DNA of 36,845 nucleotides from a virus (taxonomy: Duplodnaviria; Caudoviricetes): IMG/VR virus record IMGVR_UViG_3300037991_000495, positions 1 to 36,845 of that record; one strand, given 5' to 3'. This document shows positions 9,247 through 15,789 of this stretch, piece after piece (the stretch's first letter is position 1; each line of letters opens with the position of its first letter). The notes under the pieces are model-generated. The model saw only the letters and a list, made by a program, of their open reading frames with translations, was not told where the DNA came from and searched no databases. A program made the translations under genes and the position numbers.

Positions 9247-9261
9247 TTGACAGACTGTCAA
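9247..9261. promoter_or_regulatory. Perfect palindrome TTGACAG-A-CTGTCAA: back-to-back -35 boxes and probable operator
   Basis: Gives TTGACA on both strands between divergent genes 9194 and 9282; the -10 boxes are non-consensus. Confidence 0.7.
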
Positions 9262-9281
9262 TACATTTGTTAGAAAAAGAT

Positions 9282-9485
9282 ATGACGTTATCTGAGTATC
9301 TAAAAGCAAACCGAATTAGTCAGGCCAAGTTTGCACGCCGTTGCAACTTGTCACCGGCTGCTATTTGTCGAATACTTGATGGCAACAGATATCCAACACC
9401 GGAAACTATGCGCCGGATTTTTTTGGCAACAGAAGGGCAGGTGAAACCAAATGACTTTTTTACCCAAAAAATGCGAGGAATGTAA
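9282..9485 (+). CDS. Cro/XRE-family HTH regulator
   Basis: MTLSEYLKANRISQAKFARRCNLSPAAICRILDGNRYP...TEGQVKPNDF. Confidence 0.88.
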   Translation: MTLSEYLKANRISQAKFARRCNLSPAAICRILDGNRYPTPETMRRIFLATEGQVKPNDFFTQKMRGM

Positions 9486-9639
9486 CGGCTCTGGCTGGGT
9501 GCGTGTACGCAGTAACTGGGATGAGGGCGATGTTGTGCCTGATCTCTGCCCTGATTGCCGTGGCACTGGTGAGTTTTATTTACAGCGTCCTGAGTTTTTT
9601 CAAGAGGCTGACATCGATGCGCAAGGCGCATTTAAATAA
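9451..9639 (+). CDS. Small Zn-finger protein (DnaJ-type CxxCxGxG x2)
   Basis: CEECNGSG and CPDCRGTG. Confidence 0.75.
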   Translation: MTFLPKKCEECNGSGWVRVRSNWDEGDVVPDLCPDCRGTGEFYLQRPEFFQEADIDAQGAFK

Positions 9640-9642
9640 ATA

Positions 9643-9734
9643 CTGACGTGAGTATCACCGCTGGGAAGTGGCGAAAGCGTCAGAATAGTGGGGCCAGGAA
9701 TGTACTGCGTCAGCGGCTAAACTTCTGGCCCCAC
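9643..9734 (+). ncRNA. Candidate structured RNA (two long hairpins) flanked by 13-bp direct repeats
   Basis: CTGACGT/GCGTCAG stem and a 12-bp GTGGGGCCAGGA/TTCTGGCCCCAC stem; GCATTTAAATAAA at 9628-9640 and 9745-9757. Confidence 0.5.
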
Positions 9735-9768
9735 GCCTCAAAGAGCATTTAAATAAAGGAGTATAAAT

Positions 9769-9924
9769 ATGTTACAATCCATCATCAGATTGTTTTTCCC
9801 CTCTCTTTCACAGCCTGCGGCAGAGCAACCAAGTGCAACACCACCGCGCATCGTAGAAAAAACAGCGCCAAAGAAAGCTGTTGCTAAAAAGCGTGGGCGT
9901 GGCAGACCTAAGAAAAAAGTGTAG
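9769..9924 (+). CDS. AT-hook protein, 51 aa (not in the ORF track)
   Basis: AAGGAG RBS; MLQSIIRLFFPSL...KKRGRGRPKKKV. Confidence 0.8.
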   Translation: MLQSIIRLFFPSLSQPAAEQPSATPPRIVEKTAPKKAVAKKRGRGRPKKKV

Positions 9925-9928
9925 TTTT

Positions 9929-10099
9929 TTGAAGTGTTTTGTTTGCGACGGTCAAGTAATCCATGGCGGCGATCATAGCTATGAAGATTACGGCATGGAA
10001 GGTGATGGTATAGTCTCAAATTTGCATTGTAGTGATTGTGGCAGGTTTTACTTGATGTACTCGCCAGAGGATGACGATGACCAAGATGCAGCGCAATAA
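9929..10099 (+). CDS. Small Zn-ribbon protein (TTG start)
   Basis: KCFVC...HCSDCG; start uncertain. Confidence 0.65.
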   Translation: MKCFVCDGQVIHGGDHSYEDYGMEGDGIVSNLHCSDCGRFYLMYSPEDDDDQDAAQ

Positions 10100-10463
10100 A
10101 GGCAGTCAGTTTGAACGCTGGTGCTGCAATGAAATCAAGGACCATCTTGGCTATGAGAACGTGCGCAGGAACCTTTCACAATATCAAGAAAAGGGCGGCG
10201 CTGATATCCTGATACCGCATTGGTCTATTGAGTGTAAGCGGTATGCCACAGGGCCACATGGCGGCGCTGACGCATGGTGGCAGCAGGCTGTTAATGCTGC
10301 TGGCGACCTTTCTCCGCTATTAATCTATAAATATGACCGGCATGAGCCAGTGTGTAAGCTGTTTCTCTGCGACGTTAACAAAGAGTTTACCGGCACTGAT
10401 GCAACGGTGCTGGTTTCTCTGCCAACTTGGTTCTACATTGTGCGCGAGGCTATCCCTTTCTGA
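10071..10463 (+). CDS. Holliday junction resolvase, Hjc-like PD-(D/E)XK nuclease
   Basis: RNKGSQFER...GADIL...IECKR...WWQQA motifs; GAGGA RBS. Confidence 0.82.
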   Translation: MTMTKMQRNKGSQFERWCCNEIKDHLGYENVRRNLSQYQEKGGADILIPHWSIECKRYATGPHGGADAWWQQAVNAAGDLSPLLIYKYDRHEPVCKLFLCDVNKEFTGTDATVLVSLPTWFYIVREAIPF

Positions 10464-10468
10464 TGGGG

Positions 10469-10497
10469 TTGCCAGTCAATGCGATTCATGATATTAA
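10469..10497 (+). promoter_or_regulatory. Sigma70-type promoter pointing into a non-coding region
   Basis: TTGCCA-N17-TATTAA with a TG extended -10. Confidence 0.5.
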
Positions 10498-10660
10498 GAA
10501 TTTCTTAGCAAAGCCGCGCAGCATACTGCGCATTGCCGAGAAAGCAGCGCACTGCCTACATGCTTTCCTTTTATTTATATAAAAAAAGGCATGGCTTAGT
10601 GCAACGCACTGCACACATTGCTACGCGCAGCATTGCTAGGGATTTCCTCCCAGTCAAACT

Positions 10661-10690
10661 AAAAGAGGGGCTTACGCCCCTCTCTCTTTC
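10661..10690. terminator. Intrinsic terminator, probably bidirectional
   Basis: AGAGGGGC-TTAC-GCCCCTCT perfect 8-bp stem; T-tract on the minus strand, pyrimidine tract on the plus strand; ends the leftward early operon. Confidence 0.75.
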
Positions 10691-11052
10691 TCTGCATAGT
10701 GATGCTTGGCATGGCAGTTGTGGCATAGCACAAAGCATTTTCGTAACTCTGCCACTATCGTTGACCATTTGTAGTGCGTTGCATTGCCAATGCTGAATAG
10801 CTTGTTGGTCTTGTGATGATGAAAACAAAGGCTTGCCGGATGTTTCTCTGCACACTGACAGCAACCATGCGCTGACTTTGCTAGGTCTAAGAATGCCTGT
10901 CTTTTGATGCGCACTTGTTTGTTGTCTACTGTAATGCGCTTCTTGCATCTGGCAAAGACTTCTGGTGATCTCCAATCCTCGCCGTTTTTGGACTTTTTGT
11001 TGTAGCCCCAAAAGACTTTTCCATCATCTCTGATGTCGCCATGCTTTAGCAT
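10672..11052 (-). CDS. HNH endonuclease
   Basis: CCQC...LCFHH...ELRKCFVLCHNCHAKHH; AAAGGATCAG RBS. Confidence 0.8.
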   Translation of the reverse strand: MLKHGDIRDDGKVFWGYNKKSKNGEDWRSPEVFARCKKRITVDNKQVRIKRQAFLDLAKSAHGCCQCAEKHPASLCFHHHKTNKLFSIGNATHYKWSTIVAELRKCFVLCHNCHAKHHYAEKERGA

Positions 11053-11231
11053 TTGTCTGATCCTTTCTCTGCCGCCTCCTGCCGTGCCACATCTTCAGCG
11101 GTGGAAATTGCACCAGCCATACGCGACCAGCCATCATCAGGTTTGGAACTACCACTTGCACATATGTCGTATAATTTTGTCAGCGCGTCCAAAACTTCTT
11201 TTTTAGTCATAGCCTGTCGTGTGATTTTCAT
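11046..11231 (-). CDS. Hypothetical early protein (start MKITRQ)
   Basis: AAAGGATCAG RBS and ATGA overlap with the upstream HTH gene. Confidence 0.75.
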   Translation of the reverse strand: MKITRQAMTKKEVLDALTKLYDICASGSSKPDDGWSRMAGAISTAEDVARQEAAEKGSDKC

Positions 11232-11407
11232 TTCTCTGATCCTTTCTCTGCTAGGCATCTAAGCAACAGCGCCACCGGTTGCGGTACCTTTCGCTTGCCT
11301 GTTTCATAATACCAAATGGCTTGCTCACTCACTCCAATGCGCTGCGCCATGGCTTTGATGGTAAGGCTTAGTCTCTGCCTTTCCTGTTTGAATTCCTGTG
11401 GTGTCAT
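11228..11407 (-). CDS. XRE-family HTH protein, 59 aa (not in the ORF track)
   Basis: MTPQEFKQERQRLSLTIKAMAQRIGVSEQAIWYYETGKRKVPQPVALLLRCLAEKGSEK; RBS AGAAAGGTATATC. Confidence 0.88.
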   Translation of the reverse strand: MTPQEFKQERQRLSLTIKAMAQRIGVSEQAIWYYETGKRKVPQPVALLLRCLAEKGSEK

Positions 11408-11422
11408 GATATACCTTTCTGG

Positions 11423-11499
11423 CTAGTGAAGGCAGGGGGTTTGCTGATCCTTTCCCCCTGCCTTTTTAGTTGGGGCGGGGCCGTTAGGCCGCCGCCTTT
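11423..11499 (+). ncRNA. Candidate anti-RBS small RNA (hairpin loop UUUGCUGAUCCUUU)
   Basis: 11-bp perfect stem (11429-11439/11454-11464) with a 14-nt loop antisense to the shared early RBS; U-tract; second hairpin at 11472-11498; G-U pairs favour the + strand; possible promoter TTGAAT-N18-TACCTT at 11388-11417. Confidence 0.6.
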
Positions 11500-11786
11500 C
11501 TGAAATAACCGCCGCGCATAACAAGGTGCGGCTCGTATCGTGGGTGCATCGGAAGCCAAGCATAGGTTGCGTACTTCTTGCCGTTCTTCAGCACGTCAAT
11601 CGTCACAAGCTTTTTGCGACGAAATTCGCCAGCCAAGCCCAAGTTCTGACAGTGCCATCTGTCAGCCTTGCTGCTGTAAATATATCTTTCCGCATCGTTC
11701 TTTGCCTCTGTGACCGTCGCAAACCCATCTTTGGTAATCACAACGTCATTGACTAAATCGCGGATTGTCAGGCTGTAGCCCTTCAT
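11484..11786 (-). CDS. Hypothetical early protein
   Basis: AAAGGATCAG RBS. Confidence 0.8.
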   Translation of the reverse strand: MKGYSLTIRDLVNDVVITKDGFATVTEAKNDAERYIYSSKADRWHCQNLGLAGEFRRKKLVTIDVLKNGKKYATYAWLPMHPRYEPHLVMRGGYFRKAAA

Positions 11787-11805
11787 TTTTCTGATCCTTT
11801 CTCTG

Positions 11806-11955
11806 TTAACGCCTGATTAGGTCTAGTGGTGTCATGCAGTCAGGATGCCCCCAGTCGTTTACCAATGCACAGCCTGTAAGCACGTTGTAAAGGCACCACA
11901 TAATCAAGGCGTAGAAGCCTATAAATACCAGTGTTCCGATGATTGCCTTTGTCAT
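11806..11955 (-). CDS. Small membrane protein, 49 aa (not in the ORF track)
   Basis: MTKAIIGTLVFIGFYALIMWCLYNVLTGCALVNDWGHPDCMTPLDLIRR; ATGA overlap with the upstream gene. Confidence 0.75.
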   Translation of the reverse strand: MTKAIIGTLVFIGFYALIMWCLYNVLTGCALVNDWGHPDCMTPLDLIRR

Positions 11956-12158
11956 GTTCTTTCCTCACCGATAATTTCTTTTACTGCATCCAGTCGTTGC
12001 CTTTCTCTCAAACCCTCCTCATAAGCGATAATTTGTTTTACTGCATCTAAAGCATCTTCATAAGCGCTGGTGGCTTCATCCTTCCGATCTACCACCAACA
12101 TCAGCGCCATAAACTCAAGTTTAAACTTGGCCAGCTTGGCCTTTTCAATGGTTGTCAT
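11952..12158 (-). CDS. Hypothetical early protein (start MTTIEK)
   Basis: AAAGGATCAA RBS variant before the ATG at 12158. Confidence 0.75.
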   Translation of the reverse strand: MTTIEKAKLAKFKLEFMALMLVVDRKDEATSAYEDALDAVKQIIAYEEGLRERQRLDAVKEIIGEERT

Positions 12159-12174
12159 TGCTCTTGATCCTTTT

Positions 12175-12942
12175 CTAGTGAGTGATGAAAACAACAGGCT
12201 TTGACGCCTGCCAACACAAGCCACACGCGCCGCAGTCAGGCGCAAGCGTCTCTTCGTCTTTCTTGGCTAGCTTGCCGGTGGCTTTGCTAATTTGTGTGGG
12301 GCATTTGAAAGCCTGTTTATCTGTGACAAGCTGTGCCGACCTAGCGTCGTCATATGACAACGCGGCAAACTCTTGGCTGTAACTGCCAGAGAAACGCACA
12401 GCAAAGCGCATACCGCATTCATTGCGCAGGGTAAGCAAAGCCTGCCCTATGGCACGCTCTTGGCTGTCCGTCGCGTCTGGTTGGTTGGCCGTGTATCCAT
12501 ACACATGCAAGGCAGGAAACATGCCAAGCCATTTGGCCCATTGCGCGACATATGCAACGGAAAAGAAATCACCAAGCACATGCAAGCGCACTAAAAAGCC
12601 CTTTGGATATTTGGCCTGATAGAAAGCTAAATCAGCTTCTATCTGTGTAACCAGTGCATCGTCTGCTGCATAGCGTGTGGCGTTCATCATGTTGTTGCCA
12701 TAGCAGTCTGCCCAATGGATGCAAGAGCGTGGGCAAGTGGCGCGTTCTTCCAGTGTCACGGTAAAGATAGGAAAGCCTGCTAGCTTGCCCTTGGAAACGC
12801 GCTTGCCTAACTTGGTGTTGGTGCTTTTCTTTACGACCCTTTCGCTTGCGGCCATGCCGTCGGCCACACTCTTGGCGCGTAGATCATGATAGACACTACG
12901 CCCAGCCATTACGGCCATTTGTGTTTTTGTCATTTGTTGCAT
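12175..12942 (-). CDS. Gp88-like Cys-rich protein (mycobacteriophage L5 gp88 family; radical-SAM-like)
   Basis: NTKLG, TCPRSCIHWADCY, VRLHVLGDF, YGYT, CP...CGACGLCW...VFITH; start set by the AAAGGATCAG RBS. Confidence 0.75.
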   Translation of the reverse strand: MQQMTKTQMAVMAGRSVYHDLRAKSVADGMAASERVVKKSTNTKLGKRVSKGKLAGFPIFTVTLEERATCPRSCIHWADCYGNNMMNATRYAADDALVTQIEADLAFYQAKYPKGFLVRLHVLGDFFSVAYVAQWAKWLGMFPALHVYGYTANQPDATDSQERAIGQALLTLRNECGMRFAVRFSGSYSQEFAALSYDDARSAQLVTDKQAFKCPTQISKATGKLAKKDEETLAPDCGACGLCWQASKPVVFITH

Positions 12943-12973
12943 TGTTGCTGATCCTTTTTTGTTAGTGTCTGAT

Positions 12974-13036
12974 GGCCTCATCAGTGCCGGCGATACCGGC
13001 AGACATAGCGCGGGATTGCCGCGCCATGTTTCGGCC
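12974..13036 (-). ncRNA. Hammerhead ribozyme, type II
   Basis: Minus strand reads GGCC GAAA CAUGGCGCGG CAAUC CCGCGCUAUG UC/ UGCCGG UAUCG CCGGCA CUGAUGA GGCC: intact CUGAUGA and GAAA core, GUC site, and all three stems pair. Confidence 0.92.
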
Positions 13037-13290
13037 TAAAATTTGAAGATACCGCGCAGCGGGTCAGGCTCGCGATAAAGCGGGTTAGGCTCCCGCTGTA
13101 CTGTCCAGCCCTTTTCCTTCCATCTCTTGATGCACTCTTTATACGCGTAGGCGCCGCCTATATAGCCTTCGCCGGTCAAGCCGTCTTCTTCCGGTGGCAA
13201 AAGCCAGCCCCAGCCTGTACGGTTCGATATCTCTCTTTTTTTACCGTCGCGGATTGCTACCGTAATCGTTTTGTTGCGTGTCTCTTTCAT
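13036..13290 (-). CDS. Hypothetical protein, first gene of the early operon
   Basis: AGAAAGGATCAG RBS. Confidence 0.78.
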   Translation of the reverse strand: MKETRNKTITVAIRDGKKREISNRTGWGWLLPPEEDGLTGEGYIGGAYAYKECIKRWKEKGWTVQREPNPLYREPDPLRGIFKF

Positions 13291-13353
13291 GTTCTGATCC
13301 TTTCTAAAACAGGGACAGTTGAAGCTCGGCGGCTGCCGGTGCTTGTGTAAAGA

Positions 13354-13384
13354 ACCCTACCATTGGTTAGGTATAGACTGTCAA
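13354..13384 (-). promoter_or_regulatory. Probable early leftward promoter
   Basis: TTGACA-N19-TAGGGT with a TG extended -10; the spacing is atypical; shares TTGACAGTCT with the 9261 site. Confidence 0.5.
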
Positions 13385-13709
13385 CCCAAAAAATGATATT
13401 GAATAAATGTTTTTTTGCACGGCACGGCAAAGCACTCGTACAGGCGCATATATATAATGCATCGAATGCTCAAAATGAGGCATTGCAATCCGCCCGAAAT
13501 ATTTAGAATTGCATCTGGTTTTGTCGCTGTTGGGTGTTCCAGCACACACACAGCACAGACGATTACGCGCAGCAATGCCAGCGACACATTGCCAGCGCCG
13601 CACAGCAGCGACCCAGCGGGGGGGCAAAACAAAGGCATCGCCCCCGCGACGCGCGGCCACGGTCTATGTGTGTTAATTGCCCCATACCCACACACAGTCA
13701 GGAGGAAGC

Positions 13710-14099
13710 ATGGCTAGGCTAACGCAGAGCAAGGCAGAGAGCGTTGCTGAGTTAGTGATGCAAGGGCATAGTCTTGTCAGTGCATGCAAAGAGGCGAAGA
13801 TCAGCAGGTCAGTGCTGTATCAGAAGATGGGGGAGGATGCTGAGTTAAGTAATCTTATTCGTACAGCGCAGCAGCAGAGTGCGGAGAAGGCATTGGAGGA
13901 TGTCGAGGTTATGTATCAGGATCAGCTAGAGGGGAAGAAGAAGTATGATCCTAATGTATTAAGGGATTATGCTTTGCATGTCAGGTGGAAGGTAGGCAAG
14001 GTTATGCCGGATCAGTATGGTGATGCGAAGAACCGTGCTGGTGTAGAGGTAAGTGACGGCACGGTGCGCATTGTTTGGGAGAGCGATGGTGCAGGTTAA
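13710..14099 (+). CDS. terS: Terminase small subunit
   Basis: N-terminal HTH (GHSLVSACKEAKISRSVLY), RWKVGKVMPDQYGD motif, AGGAGG RBS, directly upstream of terL. Confidence 0.85.
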   Translation: MARLTQSKAESVAELVMQGHSLVSACKEAKISRSVLYQKMGEDAELSNLIRTAQQQSAEKALEDVEVMYQDQLEGKKKYDPNVLRDYALHVRWKVGKVMPDQYGDAKNRAGVEVSDGTVRIVWESDGAG

Positions 14100-15375
14100 G
14101 ATCCCTTACAAGCCAAGAGACTTACAGGCAGAGATGCACACCAGCGTAAGGCGTTGGAACGTGCTGGTTATGCACCGTAGGTTTGGCAAGACGGTATGGG
14201 CTGTTAACCATCTTATTAGACATGCGCTGACTTGTGAGTTACCAAGGCCGCGGGTTGCGTTTGTGGCACCTACTTTTACGCAGGCCAAGCGTATCGCATG
14301 GGATTATGTGAAGTATTATGCGTCTGTGATCCCTGGCGTTAGTTTTAATGAGACAGAACTGCGTGTAGACTTTCCTAATGGCGGCAGGTTAATGCTGTTG
14401 TCTGCCGAGAATCCGGATAGTTTGAGGGGTATCTATCTTGATTTATGTGTATTCGATGAATTTGGCATGCAGAACCCACGGGTATGGGGGGAGGTTGTAC
14501 GTCCTGCCCTGTCTGATAGGGAGGGTGCGGCTGTATTTCTAGGCACCCCAGCCGGACATAATCATTTTTTTGATCTATTGGAGCAGGCCAAGTCTGAAAC
14601 GGCTAATGGTTCTGACCAGTGGTATCACAAGACCGTCAAAGCCTCTGAAAGCGGTCTGGTTAAGTCAGAGGAGTTAGACGCAGCAAAGGCGCAAATGACG
14701 CCGGAGCAGTACGAACAGGAGTATGAATGTTCGTTCACTGCTGCTATTATTGGCGCTTACTATGGAAAACTGCTGGCTGATGCTGATGATGCTGGAAGGA
14801 TTACAAGGGTTCCGTATGATCCGGCTTATCCTGTGCATACAGCCTGGGATCTGGGTATAAATGATTCAACAGCTATATGGTTTGCTCAAATCTTCCGTGG
14901 CGGTTCTGTTCACATTATTGACTACTATGAGAATGGTGGTGTGGGGCTGGATCACTATGCTGAGATATTACGGCAGAAGGATTATCATTACGGCGATCAC
15001 CTTGCTCCGCACGACATTGAAGTAAGAGAGCTTGGTAGCGGTAAGTCTAGGCTTGAGACTGCGTTTAGTCTCGGCATACGGTTTCGTGTTGTTCCAAAGA
15101 TGAAAGTTGCTGACGGCATCAATGCCGCACGCATGATGATGCCTAAATGCTTATTTGATAGAGATAAGTGTAATGATGGCGTAGAGATGCTTAGACAGTA
15201 TCGGCAGGAATGGGATGAACGCAAAAAAGTTTTCAGAGATCACCCGCGCCATGACTTCACGTCTCATGCTGCGGATGCATTTAGGTATTTGGCTGTTGGG
15301 TTGGAGAATAAACAAAATCTCACAAAGCCTCCGCAACAAATTGCGATGAATGAATACAATCCTTTTACGTTATGA
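14086..15375 (+). CDS. terL: Terminase large subunit
   Basis: PRDLQ, Walker A HRRFGKT, Walker B CVFDE, GTP motif, and RNase H-like nuclease AWDLG...D and SHAADAFRY. Confidence 0.96.
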   Translation: MVQVKIPYKPRDLQAEMHTSVRRWNVLVMHRRFGKTVWAVNHLIRHALTCELPRPRVAFVAPTFTQAKRIAWDYVKYYASVIPGVSFNETELRVDFPNGGRLMLLSAENPDSLRGIYLDLCVFDEFGMQNPRVWGEVVRPALSDREGAAVFLGTPAGHNHFFDLLEQAKSETANGSDQWYHKTVKASESGLVKSEELDAAKAQMTPEQYEQEYECSFTAAIIGAYYGKLLADADDAGRITRVPYDPAYPVHTAWDLGINDSTAIWFAQIFRGGSVHIIDYYENGGVGLDHYAEILRQKDYHYGDHLAPHDIEVRELGSGKSRLETAFSLGIRFRVVPKMKVADGINAARMMMPKCLFDRDKCNDGVEMLRQYRQEWDERKKVFRDHPRHDFTSHAADAFRYLAVGLENKQNLTKPPQQIAMNEYNPFTL

Positions 15376-15788
15376 TAGTTGATCTGAACCATTATAAGAC
15401 AGCTATGGCGATGATGACAGTAAGTGAGTATCATCAGGATTATACTGATAAAGACATTAAAGAGTTTATAGAGCCGCCACTATCATTAGGTAACTATTTG
15501 ATTATACAGGATGAAGATGGGTTTCCGTTTGTTTTTGCGACATGGGCTTTTCCTGAGATGCACCACATTGACAGCTATATGCGTTATAGCAGGTTTCCGG
15601 CATCTGGTTTTCGCGGTTGCGGCGACAGCCCGTGGGTAATTGACTTCATAGCTTTTGGTGGTTTTCAGAGTATAAAAACTGCTTGCCGCTATTTAAAAGA
15701 CACATTTGTTGAAATGGGCTATACTGACTGCTATTGGTTGCGTACAGAAACAGGAAAAGTTGGCTTTCACGCCTTGAAGGAGCATTGA
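15372..15788 (+). CDS. HlyC-like (RTX toxin-activating) acyltransferase
   Basis: SEYH (cf. SxxH catalytic His), PPLSLGNY, GFPFVFATWA, GDSPWVIDFIA. Confidence 0.7.
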   Translation: MIVDLNHYKTAMAMMTVSEYHQDYTDKDIKEFIEPPLSLGNYLIIQDEDGFPFVFATWAFPEMHHIDSYMRYSRFPASGFRGCGDSPWVIDFIAFGGFQSIKTACRYLKDTFVEMGYTDCYWLRTETGKVGFHALKEH

Positions 15789-15789
15789 T

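Noticed and set aside
9643-9734. HDV-like ribozyme (GGCGAA and GGCTAA resemble J4/2)
   Set aside because: I could not build P1, P3 and P1.1 in the nested double-pseudoknot order. Kept only as a generic structured RNA.
10533-10796. 87-aa + strand ORF
   Set aside because: TTG start with no RBS; it runs through the terminator and antisense into the HNH gene.
11057-13303. CRISPR-like array from the recurring CTGATCCTTT
   Set aside because: The repeat is only 10-13 bp, irregularly spaced and tied to start codons; there are no cas genes.
13367-13722. Several overlapping ORFs on both strands upstream of terS
   Set aside because: No RBS, mutually overlapping, atypical composition; treated as non-coding.
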